This document shows positions 52,532 through 64,000 of a stretch of DNA of 64,000 nt, piece by piece. The notes below the pieces were generated by a model. It did no database searches. It was given only the letters and a program-made list of their open reading frames with translations, and was not told the origin of the DNA. The translations under genes and the position numbers were made by a program. The stretch comes from Xylographa opegraphella (lineage: Eukaryota): contig JALDZX010000015.1 in the NCBI GenBank assembly GCA_022813865.1, positions 1-64,000 of the forward strand. The letters run 5' to 3'. How positions within the stretch are numbered: position 1 is the stretch's first letter; each line of letters starts with the position of its first letter.

Positions 52532-53475
52532 ATGGACGCCCCCCCACCCACCCTCCTCTCCACCACGACCCTCCTCTCCCTCCTCACCACGCTCCTCCTC
52601 CTCCTAACCGCCTACCTCGCCTCCCAGCACCTCCTACCCACGCACACCGCGCGCAACCTCCGCCTGCTCTACATCTGGCACCTCTTCTCCGGCCTCACCC
52701 ACCTCACGCTCGAAGCCTCCTTCCTCTACAACTGCTTCTTCACCTACATCCCCCTCGCCCTCTCCGCGGACTACCCGCACCCGGCCAGCTCCTCCTCCTC
52801 CCCCGCGGGCGCCTTCCTCGCCCGCCCCGACCGCGCTTACGGCTCCGCCCACGGTGATAACCCCGCCGCCCGCTTGTGGCAGGAGTACGCCCGCGCCGAT
52901 AGGCGCTGGGCTGGTGCCGACCTCACGGTCGTGAGCTTGGAGCTGCTGACTGTGCTGGTGGCGGGGCCGTTGGCGCTGTATGTCGCGGAGGCGATCAGGA
53001 AGGGAGCGGCGGCGTCGGGGAGAGGAGGGGCTGGGCTGTGGTTCTGGGGGACGGTGTTGGCGACGGGGGAGTTGTATGGCGGGTGAGTTGGTTTTTTTTC
53101 TTTAGCTTCGGTGGAGTGTGGGGAGGTGGAAGGAAGAATTACGCAGGGGGGTGGGCAGGGCAGGGACGAGAGAGCGAGTGTGCTGATGGGATTGCGTAGG
53201 TTTATGACTTTCATGCCAGAATGGCTGAGCGGGAGCCCGAATCTAGATACGTCAAATTTCATGTTCTTGTAAGTTCTATCCTACGCCGGGGTGCGGTGAG
53301 AGAGGGAGATGGGAGCTGGCTAACGGTGGACGGGGTGCGCAGATGGGTGTATCTGTTCTTCTTCAACACGTTGTGGGTGTGGTTTCCGCTGTATATGCTG
53401 TACGAGGCGTATGGCCATATGGTGGAAGCGTTCACGAGTGCGGAAGGGCGGGAGGCGAGGAAGAAGTTGACGTGA
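52532..53475 (+). CDS. EBP/EXPERA-family membrane protein (sterol isomerase-like)
   Basis: WHLFSGLTHLTLEASF, LWQEYARADRRW, VVSLELLTV, ELYGGFMTF.PEW, WVYLFFFNTLWVWFP; C-terminal KKLT ER-retrieval signal; 2 introns. Confidence 0.9.
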
Positions 53476-53670
53476 TGCATGGGTATGACTAGCTTGATAA
53501 GAATTGAAGGTAACTTGATATGTGATATATATCACGTAAGCTGAAAAGAAACGAGTACGGCAGGATATATACGCCTGATATAAATAATTGGGAAAAGCTG
53601 CCCATGGGATTACTGGATACCAGACCGTCCAAGAACCGTGTACCGTCCATATATTTCGTCCCATAACTCA

Positions 53671-56520
53671 TCACATCGTAGCAACAGCCAACACCTTGAC
53701 ATACGGCGCCGGGAAAAGCGCCTTGGCACCCGCGTAACACCCCCAGAACCAGTCCCCATTGATATCCTCCGCCTCTCGGATTTCCGCGCCTTTCGGAAAC
53801 GAGAGTTCGTCCGTGGCGCCTTCCTGTGGTAGATACGTCCAAAGCGCGAGAACAATCATGCCGACGCCTCCGTCGGGAGGAAATTTCTGGAACAGTGGAG
53901 CGGGTGCAGCACTGTTTCCTTCCAAACCTCTGGGCACCTGCCTCGACACCGTCCGCTTCTGTCGCTCGTGGCCCTCTCGCCAGCTCCATTCTCCGTTGAT
54001 GCTGGCGGTGGCGCCAGCCTCGTCCTTCAAAGCATGGCCGCCAACCAGATCCCTGACGATAAGCCGCCTTTGTCCCACCGTTGCGTCCTCAAACCCAGCC
54101 ACAATCATTCGATGGCCTTCGAGGCACCTTCGCCAGCCTCTTTCACCATTGTCTCTGCTGATGCGGCCGCTTGCGGCCAGCTTCGAATAGCAGGTCGTGT
54201 GGATTTCGTAGTCGCCATCGTTGCACTGGTAGCAATGAAAGCGAGTTTGACTTGGCTGAACTGGGTATCCACAGATCTTGCAATTTGTGCTGAATGTCAG
54301 TGGTCTATATTGACCTGATGAAGTGGGGTCGAATGGCGGGAAAGATTGTACCATGCGAGGCGAGATGATAGGTGCAAATGATGCCTCCGTGGCCGCAGTG
54401 CCGCTCGTGTTGGTTTCTTGTGGATTGACAGTGGAGACATGAGCGACAGGAAGCAGGGCATGCGTACAGCATTTGCCTTGGTTAACACACCGATTGCAGA
54501 ATCCCCACTCCCCATCATTGCAGTAATCGCATTTCCAGAAGCAGTCGTTCGCGAACGCGGCGCAATTTGAGCAGAAAGCGCCTGCCTGAAGCCTCGTAGA
54601 TGGGTCTTCAGTTGACACCCGTTTTCTGTCACCTTCAGTATTTGGTTGTAGACTTTCTTTCCTCGGCTTTTGATAACGATGGCCAGTCAAGGTGTGAGGC
54701 AGTGAAGTCGTAGAAGATGCCTGGTTCTGGAAATGATGCCACGCCGACTGGCCGAAGCCAAACCAATGGAGACAGCCACGTCCGAGCCTGTAGCAACGGT
54801 GGCATAGGTTGTAATTACCGTCATTGCAAGTAGAGCAATGCTCGTGCAATTCGTATTCTATGTCTCTCTTGCCACATCTGTCACATGTGACTAAAGGCTC
54901 AACGTAAAGAGGGGGGTGGAGCCTTGAAGCTGCAGACGAAGAAGAAGCCGGGCGACTCATCGCAGAGCTCGATGCCTCAAAGGGACGAGTTGAGATCCGT
55001 GGGCTAACATTCGGGGATGAATCAATAACGATGGCCCTTGTCGATTCTCTTTGACGAGATACCGAGCTAATATCAGAAACATTGTGGCGAGGCGCTGAAC
55101 TAATATCAGAAACATTTTGACGAGACGATGAACTAATGTCGGAAACACTTTGACGAGACAATGAACTAATATCAGAAGCATTATAACGAGACGACGAACT
55201 GATATCAGAAACATTATAACGAGATGACGAACTGATATCAGAAACATTTTGCATCGGAACAGATCTTGAGGGAGAACTTCCTGTCATATCCCCGGACCTC
55301 GAAGGTGGTTGACCATCAGTGTCTTGCCGTAATCCTATTTCTTCACTGGGACGATGCGGCCGCGGATCTGTGGCTCTTCTTCCTTGACTAGACATATCAA
55401 GTGGTCTGGGTACTCTTGACTCGGAAGAGTGCGGTCGACCGGACAGTTCGCCAGTTGAACGAGCCGCCTCATGTCGAGTTTGAGGTATAACGGGAACAGG
55501 ACTTGTCTGTCTTCTTGACTCACTGGAGGTTCTCCGCCGGTGACTCGAGTGTGTTGGATGGGCATCAAGTAGATGCGGTCTTGACACTGGAGGATGTAAC
55601 GAATGGGTAGTCTGCTCTACGGTACTGGTGGATCTTGCATGCTGGCGCCGTGCGGCATGAGTGCTTTGTGGCTCGACTGGCCGTGTTGCGTTACCTCGAC
55701 TTACTCTGGGATTTTCTTGACGAGATGACCGTGAGGCAGAAGATTGCGAATGATGTCTACGACGGTATGCTTCTGCAATATGCTCGCTGAGCTCGTCCTC
55801 TTGCAAAGTGTCGAGGTTGTTCAGGTCTATACCATCCAGTAGGCCTTCATCCATGATTTGTCTCAATATCTCTTCCTCAATATCCGCAGCCTGAGCATCC
55901 GTACTCAGCAGAGAACGTAAACTTGATTGATGCCCAAGCTGTCGTGCTTGCGCCCTCGAATCCCGTGGTGAAAGCCCAGTGTGCTGCGCATCGCGCCTCC
56001 TCCTCTGCCTCACGCCTTCGTCTCTCGAGTCCGGGCTTCTGTTCCTATGCCTTGTGCCTCTTTCGTATGATCGTGGTCCCCTAACGCCAACCTCTCTCAA
56101 GCTCATTTCCCTGATCTCTTCAACCATTCTGCGATCTTCATCGTCGCCAGAATCTGCCTTCCTCTCCAATCTAGGCGCAACATTCTCACCTGGCGTATAC
56201 TTGGCTCCGCGCTCTTCTTTCTCGCCCGCTGTCTTTCCTTTTTCTGGATTGGCCTGGAGATACATGTCCAGCAGAGTCGTCACCTTGGCATCCGGCCTCG
56301 TCTCGCGAACACCGGAGCGACATGATGGACAACTGTACGGTTGTGTAGATGAGTTGGAATTATGTGAACCTTGGAAAGCAAACCATTCTTTTAGACAGGA
56401 GCCGCAGAATGTATGGAGACAGTCGAGGAGTGTGAGGGGTTGGTAAAGCACCTCAGTGCATATCGAACATGTCAACTCCTTCTCCAGGTCAAGTAGACCA
56501 GTCTTAGCATTCTCTGCCAT
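53671..56520 (-). CDS. RING-HC protein with ZZ-like zinc fingers and a C-terminal SH3 domain (putative E3 ligase)
   Basis: CSICTEVLYQPLTLLDCLHTFCGSC..CPSC; three CxxC...CxxCNDG clusters; SH3 ALWTY..DELSFPKGAEI..DWFWG..LFPAPYV. Confidence 0.88.
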   Translation of the reverse strand: MAENAKTGLLDLEKELTCSICTEVLYQPLTLLDCLHTFCGSCLKEWFAFQGSHNSNSSTQPYSCPSCRSGVRETRPDAKVTTLLDMYLQANPEKGKTAGEKEERGAKYTPGENVAPRLERKADSGDDEDRRMVEEIREMSLREVGVRGPRSYERGTRHRNRSPDSRDEGVRQRRRRDAQHTGLSPRDSRAQARQLGHQSSLRSLLSTDAQAADIEEEILRQIMDEGLLDGIDLNNLDTLQEDELSEHIAEAYRRRHHSQSSASRSSRQENPRVSRGNATRPVEPQSTHAARRQHARSTSTVEQTTHSLHPPVSRPHLLDAHPTHSSHRRRTSSESRRQTSPVPVIPQTRHEAARSTGELSGRPHSSESRVPRPLDMSSQGRRATDPRPHRPSEEIGLRQDTDGQPPSRSGDMTGSSPSRSVPMQNVSDISSSSRYNVSDISSSSRYNASDISSLSRQSVSDISSSSRQNVSDISSAPRHNVSDISSVSRQRESTRAIVIDSSPNVSPRISTRPFEASSSAMSRPASSSSAASRLHPPLYVEPLVTCDRCGKRDIEYELHEHCSTCNDGNYNLCHRCYRLGRGCLHWFGFGQSAWHHFQNQASSTTSLPHTLTGHRYQKPRKESLQPNTEGDRKRVSTEDPSTRLQAGAFCSNCAAFANDCFWKCDYCNDGEWGFCNRCVNQGKCCTHALLPVAHVSTVNPQETNTSGTAATEASFAPIISPRMVQSFPPFDPTSSGQYRPLTFSTNCKICGYPVQPSQTRFHCYQCNDGDYEIHTTCYSKLAASGRISRDNGERGWRRCLEGHRMIVAGFEDATVGQRRLIVRDLVGGHALKDEAGATASINGEWSWREGHERQKRTVSRQVPRGLEGNSAAPAPLFQKFPPDGGVGMIVLALWTYLPQEGATDELSFPKGAEIREAEDINGDWFWGCYAGAKALFPAPYVKVLAVATM
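55051..55248 (-). repeat. 33-bp coding minisatellite, 6 copies (NVSDISSSSRx)
   Basis: Repeated atcagaaacatt cores at a 33-nt period; visible in the translation. Confidence 0.9.
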
Positions 56521-56927
56521 CACAAAACCCACTCCGCCTGTTATGAGTATATGGTGTACCTTTTACATGATGCTTTGGCTCCTGCTGTACAGCTGTGAGC
56601 TCAAAGTATAGGCGCATTCAGCGCTTCGCCCGCTTACTGTACTGTTTCCTCGGGAGCTACGAGTACCAAACTTATAGTAGATTTAATAGGTGTAAGACTG
56701 TTTGCAGCTTGAGTGGATTTCCTATTGACTCAGATTTCATTCCAGCCCAGACTCTCTATCACATTTTGATCCGAATGAATGGCTGACGCCAGTACCACTC
56801 TCGCTATGCGTAGACTCTTTGGCTGCATTGGAGATTTCTATCTAAGAGCTCCACAGCTGCTATCTATGATTTGCCACCATTGAGACATTGTCAAATTAGA
56901 CTCCGAAAAATGCAAGACACGGACTTC

Positions 56928-58383
56928 CTAAGCCTTTGCGGCCAGAAAGCTTAGTAAACTCCCTATTGTGAGACCCCATACAAGCATCAGCCCCATAAAG
57001 CCACCAGCGGCCTCACGTTCATCGGGTTTGACCCATTCTGAGGCTCCCATCATGCATGTAGACCCGACATATCCATTTGTCATGCCAAAGAGAAGCTGGA
57101 TAACCAACAGGTAGAAAACGTCGCTCTGGACAATAGCACCACGATCACGAATGTTACAAAGTAGATATAGTGGAACAAATCCAACGCGCAAAAGAGATAA
57201 AATAAAAATGAATCGTGGATAGAGAACCATGTTCAACTTGGTCGATAGTGTTAATAGTCTGCCTGCAAGATCCCCAAAGTTCCAGACTAGAAAGGCAAGA
57301 GGGATGAAGCATGCCGGCTTGAAGACGCGCGAAGACTTTGAATGAGACTGGTTGCTGGTAATCTCCGATGTGAAAACCGGAAATACCATCGTGGCAGCGA
57401 AACAGACAAAGACTCCCATAGCCAGCCATCTGAGCTTCTTAAACAGGGTCACCATCCCCACCACCTTCCGTTCGACATGCTCTTCCTCCTCCGCCCCTTC
57501 AATTCCCTGCACTGTTTGTTTGGATGTGCTATTCTCGCGATGCCGTCTGGCGAGGAAGACGAAAGCGGTCAAGGCAAGCGCCGAAACCCCGGTCGCGGTC
57601 ATGAAGTATGCGAAAGCAGATGTGGGACTCTCTTGGCCTGCCCCTCCTTCGGCATTACGATCAGGCACTGAAAGTACTGACACTATTTGTGCAATGCAAG
57701 GTAGTATGCCAGCGACAGCCTGCCCAGTCATGATTGCCTGTGTATATTCGCTCATCCCGAACCCCGCTACAAATGCAAACAGCCCATTTTGGCACAAACC
57801 AGTGGCCAAGCTAGCCGTGAAGACTATAAACATGAGGAACACAAAGTAACCCATTGCGGATATACCTTTGAAAAGAGTCGTTGATAAAGCCAGGAGTGTG
57901 AAGCAAATGATGTTGAGGACGAGAGACGCAACTATTCGCTTTGGATACGAAGCTTTTTGCTGCAGATGAGTGAGAAGTAGCATAGATCCCAAATTTGTAA
58001 CAGTAGAGACGGTAAGAATGGCAGACTGAAAGTGTGTCAAGATCCACTCGTCAGATGAAAAACGTGACTGGAAATAGGGCGCCGCGGCGAGAAACATATT
58101 CCTAGAGACCAGCACTTGTCAGTCGCATGGCGTGGGTAGGTAGCAACGAACGATAGACTTGAAGATTGAGGAGGGATTGGTGATTGGAGTAAAGACGGTC
58201 TTACCATGCCCAGAGCATCGAGATACCAAGAAGCAGGAAGATATAGTATTCGAGCCATGAGAATTGCGTCTTCGAGGGGGACCTTCGTGCATCGTCCTGG
58301 CCATCAGTGCTGCTGTCCTCCAGAGGTTCATATGTGTGCGATGGACGCCGCTGCCATTTGAGAGCTTTGACAAGCTTGTCCAT
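56928..58383 (-). CDS. Equilibrative nucleoside transporter (Fun26/ENT family)
   Basis: FLLLGISMLWAW/NMF, YTQAIMTGQAVAG, VFPVFT, WNFGDLAGR, FGMTNGY, EREAAG, GLTIGS; about 11 TM segments; 1 intron. Confidence 0.92.
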
Positions 58384-58693
58384 TTTTGCTTCAATTCAGT
58401 GGATAGACATGGAGAACGTCTACGAGCAGGCCAGACGGATATTCAGGCGGAGTAGATCAGCCATAGCGTCAGGCCCAGTATTAAATATGACAAGTACTGC
58501 AGATGACTTCAGTTGAGATCGTATACGCCCGCGTGAGCTTGTCCCGAGGAAGGTAATGACCGAAGCACTATGAATAAGGTTCGGAGAGCCGGTCGGCCCG
58601 CAAAGCCCTGGTTAGCTCGGTTAAGCACCTTATCCTACAGAATGACGATCGTCTGCATGCGGCCTCGCGCCGATATCAATTCTCATCTTTCCA

Positions 58694-59586
58694 ATGACTA
58701 CTACAGCTATTGTTGGTGTACTGGCTCTTCAAGGCGCTTTCCACGAGCATATCAAGCTCTTAGAAGCTGCAACACTTTCAGACAAAGACCTCGAAATAAG
58801 ATGGAATTTTATTGAAGTCCGTACCGGTGTTGAACTATTGCGATGCGACGCCCTGATAATCCCTGGTGGTGAGAGCACTACCATGTCCTTGGTAGCTGCT
58901 AGATCGGGCCTTTTAGAACCATTAAGAGACTTTGTGAAGTTCGCGTTGGGTTAGCATAGACTAGAGTATCAGAGCTGATTTTGTGCAGGGTGTATCGTAA
59001 GCCGACCTGGGGTACTTGCGCCGGATTGATATTACTATCGGAATCTGCGAATCGCACCAAACAGGGCGGCCAGGATCTCATCGGGGGTTTGGATGTCAGA
59101 GTGAGTAGGAATTACTTTGGAAGACAAACAGAGAGTTTCGAAGCCGATCTCCATTTGCCGTTCCTTGCGCTGGCTAGCAGTGGTGATGATGCGTCCAAAA
59201 AACCATATAGAGGCGTCTTCATCAGAGCACCTGTAGTAGAGAAGATGCTGCCCACGTTGGCCGGAGAGCAAGTAGGCGAAGCTGCCAAGGAAGACACTGT
59301 CGTTGCACCTTCACGAACTCCTGTAGACGAATTGGCCAAAAAGATGTTTGCTATGCCAGTGGAAGTCCTGGCAACTTTACCGGGCCGGAAAGCAAAAACA
59401 ATACAGAAGTTATCCCAAACAAGTGGGGACGACGAAGCTGAAGATATCATCGCCGTTCGACAAGGAAATGTTTTGGGTACGAGTTTCCACCCGGAGCTGA
59501 CAGGGGATGCACGAATCCATGCGTGGTGGTTGCAAGACGTTCGCAGGTTTATCAGATCGAAAAGAACGCTGGAGCTAGGATCTTGA
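58694..59586 (+). CDS. PDX2: Pyridoxal 5'-phosphate synthase glutaminase subunit
   Basis: GVLALQGAFHEH, IIPGGESTT, WGTCAGLI, RNYFGRQ, FIRAP, SFHPELT; 1 intron 58940-58989. Confidence 0.96.
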
Positions 59587-59751
59587 GACATATGGAGTAT
59601 CTACACAAAGCAGGAGTTAAAGTAGAAGATGGTGGTAATAGAAGATAGACTCCATCCTCGATCATGAAGAGAGCCTGCAAATCACGTCTAAATTGGATGA
59701 GATGCGCCTTTGCGCCTGACGCCATGCTAATATCACATCACCTGCTTTTTT

Positions 59752-60510
59752 CTACCTACCTTTCCCGTACTCTTCCTCTTCTTTCAGTCGCTCGTCCGCG
59801 ATAGCTCGGCCATATCCCCCTCTTCCGGGATCAAATTCGTCCCGGTACTCGTCACGAACTTGACCTCCAGACTTTCCTCTTCTGAACTGTCTGTTAACAA
59901 CTTCGACCACTACCTTGGAGCTTCACGAAGACCTACCCATACTGCCTGCCCTCCTGAAATCCAGGATCTAGATCTGTTCTGATTATCCGCTCATCAAGCT
60001 TGGTCCCCCCTATATACTTCATACAGTCTAGAGCATCCTGGTGATTGTAGTACTCAACAAAGCAGAATCCGCAAGGTGTCTTATTGAAACGGTCCAAGCC
60101 CATTACAAGCCTTTTGATCTCGCCACACCTGTTTTGTGTTAGAATACGCATACTTCGGCCGCATTAGTCGCACTCACTTAGAAAAGAGCTCATGGATCTG
60201 CTCTTCCGTTGTATAAAACGACCTGGTCGCTAGTGAGCTTGCAGTCATGAATATTTGAGGTCGACGGACAAATTCCCAACATATAAAGTAGTAGCATCTT
60301 TTAACGGATCTTCTACTTGCTCTGGTGTTCTCTCTCGCCCCTCTCGATCGTCTCGATCCTTGTCATACTTGCGCTTCTTGTTCTGTCCAGACATTAGCGG
60401 TCGCAAGGACATTGTAGTTCTGGAGTAATTTTAGAAATAGACACCTTGCCTAGATAATAAGCACTTGGTTTATCCAGTCTGTCGACAGTACTACGCATGA
60501 ATACTGGCAT
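59752..60510 (-). CDS. CBC2: Nuclear cap-binding protein small subunit (CBP20)
   Basis: [65 protein letters not shown]; 4 introns. Confidence 0.95.
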
Positions 60511-60732
60511 CGTGGCGGCTAGCGTGCAAGTTCTTTGTTGAACTTGAAGCTCCGCTCTAGGATAACGGAACGGAATTGAAGCTCGCGCCAGCAATTTTAA
60601 AAGCGCGTAGCTAACCCTCTAATGGGCCCTGTGTCAATAACTTTGCCCGTATGGCTGTGAATCAATCAACACGTACATGGACTTTGAAGGTAGTGCAACA
60701 AGAGACAACATAGAGCATTATCCGAAATCAAA

Positions 60733-63673
60733 ATGCCTAAGGTGCTGACCTACACTCCGGCGTGGCTTTCGCGGCCCTCGCCTGGATTCGATCTCTTTCA
60801 AGGCAACGACAGAAAGCTCTCTCACAAAGCTTCTGAGTTCGGCAGCAAGAAAAGCGAGCAAGGCACTCGGCGGATCCTGGCGTACCGACGGACTGAATAC
60901 TGTAACGAGATCTTTGTGGTTGTTGGCAATACTATCCGATGGGCGAATCTAGGTCAAATAAAAGACGATTGGGAAGAAGAGGCACATGACCGGGACGTTA
61001 TCAAGAGTATAGAAACTGGCAATCAGGAGACGAAGAAAAGCTATAGAGTAGGTCTATCACTAAAATACGCTCTTTGTCCTAATGAATTATCCATAGACTC
61101 TCCAATTGTCAATCCATGAACAGATACACAAGTTGATACCATCGCCCAGTGGAGATCTCCTTGCCGTCCTAACAGCACATACTGCACATATCGTCGTTCT
61201 CCCCAATCCTTCGCACCTCGGCCAAGCAGATACTGGCCCGATCTTTCCAAAAAGGTTCACCCTCGGCCCTACCACCCATGTCTTATCACAATCCCCCATT
61301 GCCAGTGCGCTTTGGCATCCACTCGGGGTTAATGGGCACTGCATTATCACTGTCACAAAAGACGCTGTCGTGCGGCTCTGGGAGCTTGATACACATAACA
61401 GGTCGTCTTTCGATAGTCCTGCTCTCGCTATCAATTTGAAAAAGCTTCAATTTGGCAGCAGTGCTGAGGAAGACTTCAGTCCGTCCAAGCTTGGCACGAA
61501 CCGAATTTTTTCGCTTGATGCCATGGACATGGATGTCGTGTCTGCTTGCTTTGGTGGTAATGGTTTGGAAACAGAGTCCGGGTGGTGTCCGATGACACTG
61601 TGGGTAGCTATGGCCGAAGGTGATATCTATGCGCTCTGTCCACTGTTACCATCTAGACTACAGCCCTCGCAATCTCTTGTCCCTAGCCTGACGACGATTG
61701 TTACCACTCACAGAAGCTTTCTGGACCGAGAAATGCTTAGAGCATATAATGAGAGCGACCTCGAACAAGCAAAGCTTTTTTCTGAAGAACAACAGCAGTG
61801 TGAAGACCAATTCGAATGGCTGGCCGAGATTGATAAACAGGACCCTATCCTTGCCACAGACGAAGCTGATTCTTCAAACGGACCGTTTATATTCAACCGT
61901 CCCTCACGATTGGGACCGATCCCAAAATTACAAGGGCCTTTCCGTATCACCCCTGAGGAGATTGAAGATGAATTAGAGCTATCTGACATTCATGTTATAG
62001 CCTCACGACTAAGTACACGGGATTACATTGATGCTGACGAATCTGACGATGAGTTGAGTGAGCTGTCTATGGGCGACTTGTCATCATCTGTGGTGTGCCT
62101 TTTGACTCGAGCTGGGAGGGTCTACGTCTGCTTAGATATCGAAGGCGTAAAAGCACAGTGGCTCCCGAAAAGAAAGGTATGCTAGCTCATAATTGTAGGA
62201 AGAGCGCTTTTTGCTGACAATTCTGAGCATTCGAAATCGACAAACGAGCACTTGCTCCGTTCGCTCCACGATCTTCTTGTCATTGAAGCAATCGACACCA
62301 AACAAGCTGAAGAAGGACATGTCACGGATTGGCCGACCTTTACCGCAGACGTGCACTCGAATTACTCATTCTTCGTCAGTCACAAAAGAGGCATAGTCTT
62401 CCTCTCACTTGATCCGTGGATAGGGAAACTCGAAGCCGAGTTGCGGAATAATGGTAATGAGGTTGTAGGTACAGAGTTTCGGGTGGAAATTTTGGCCGAA
62501 ATCGCCGAATCCTATCGCGAGCAGATACTGAAGTATAATCACAAGGAAGAGGATGGTCGTGCTCTATACATCACTGCTCCAGTCGTGCTCCAAGACTCGG
62601 GCCTGGGATACTTCCTGCTAACTATCCAGGATGACCAACCTCAAGCCGTGATATTAGATTCGCCCTTCGATCAAATTACACAGGACCGGGACTATAGCTC
62701 AGGGTATGAATGCGAGCCTGATTTGAAGATGCTTACGCAAGGTCCGGCCAAATCTGCATATCAACCACCCCAAACTCTTTGGGCAGAGTCCGCCCTTACA
62801 AGATTCATGGACACCCACGTGCAAAGCCGTCACAAGAAGCTACTAAAGGAAGAAATCCGTCTTTCTTCCGCAACACTCGACATAATGACCGAAGCCCACC
62901 GTGTCCTCAGTGAAGAAACTCACCAGCTTGGTATTGCCGCGTCCGACCTATTTCGGCGTTGTGAGCGTCTCCAAGAGGAATTCCGCGATCAGATCAGGAG
63001 GGCAAACGAGATCGCTTCTCGTGTCGAGCGACTGAACGACGAGGACGCAGACGACTACAGTGACTCGGACTCCAACTCAGCACGAGGAAGTGCAAGGCTC
63101 GAACGACGTTTGCTCAATGCAAGGGAGAGGCACGACCATATCAGCGCTCGGCATGAAGCCTTGAGGAAGAAGTTGATACGGGCGGGAAATCGAGATCTCA
63201 GCGATAAGGAGAGGTTATGGGTAACGGAGATGCACAAAATGGCATCGTCGATACTAAGCACTGGGGGTGACGACGAAATCACTTCGGAAGAGCAGAAGCA
63301 TGATCTCGTGGATAGATACAATGAGGTATCGTCTGCACAACGATCCGTGTCCCGAATCTCGCTAATTGAATGTGTCACAGGCACGAGGTCTAGTGGAGGA
63401 TCTGGTCGATCAGGCTAAAGATGCATCTAAAAGCAGCGAATCCGAAGGTAAATCCATTGGCATGTTCAAAGTGCCACCGGACATCCGCAAGGAGAAGGTC
63501 GGTAAAGTGATGGCTTTACTCGAACGAGAGTATGTACTATGATCCCCCCCCTGCAAATCACTCTTCTTGCTCGTATTCACCAGCTGGGCCATGCTGATCT
63601 TTCTTTTGCAAGAACCGCACTGGTGGGAGCTGTGCAGGAGCGGCTGGAGCGTATCAGTCTATCCGGGAACTAA
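60733..63673 (+). CDS. NUP82: Nucleoporin Nup82/Nup88 family
   Basis: MPKVLTYTPAWLSRP, beta-propeller motifs (SPSGDLLAV, ALWHPLG, VTKDAVVRLWE, GDIYALCPLLP), C-terminal coiled coil; 4 introns. Confidence 0.85.
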
Positions 63674-63698
63674 GCTACTCTCCATCGGTGCACATTCA

Positions 63699-64000
63699 TC
63701 AACGGAAAGTGAGGTTTTCATGGCGGCATGCGGGTAACTCCGGTTCCTCCCGAACATGCATGCTCCTGCTGCTGACCTGCATGGTGCCAATACCGCCGCT
63801 GTGGTTCCCAGCATCTACGTTACGGCAAGGTGAGCGCCGCACTTGCATACTTTGGTAAGCAGTGCATACGAGATTTCCCACGGTCGCTTGTACGACCATC
63901 CAGTCCCACTATTGCTCTTCATGACGACGCTCTCACCTTCATATTCCAACTCGGTTTCCAAGGCTCCCAGAACCAGGGCTATGTTGCACGCTCGGTGGAT
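63699..64000 (-). CDS. Possible 3' end of a gene entering from beyond the window
   Basis: Frame is open from the window edge (IHRACNIALVLGALETELEYEG...) to the stop at 63699, with a possible donor GTATGC near 63868. Product not recognisable. Confidence 0.35.

Noticed and set aside
55051..55248. Regular repeats resembling a CRISPR array
   Set aside because: No unique spacers; it is an in-frame coding repeat in a eukaryotic gene.

Overview
Gene-dense fungal nuclear DNA (Pezizomycotina-type short spliceosomal introns with GT..CTRAC..YAG signals) holding about 22 genes. Housekeeping genes: TRS20, MRPL31, DOA10/SSM4, PDX2, CBC2, NUP82, an ENT transporter, an EBP-family protein and a RING-ZZ-SH3 protein. 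Two divergent metabolic pairs: acetate kinase/phosphoketolase and GH55/GH16 beta-1,3-glucanases, the latter next to a yapsin-like protease. Also a divergent velvet-domain gene and a She10-like repeat protein. The main oddity is an orphan reducing-type PKS (about 2,200 aa) whose KS, AT, KR and ACP motifs are intact while DH, C-MT and ER all appear catalytically dead. Other signals: a candidate box C/D snoRNA with an upstream TATA, a GC-AG intron, a RIP-like relic, and recurring GC-rich islands that switch from C-rich to G-rich regardless of gene strand. All calls come from reading motifs by eye; no database searches were run.
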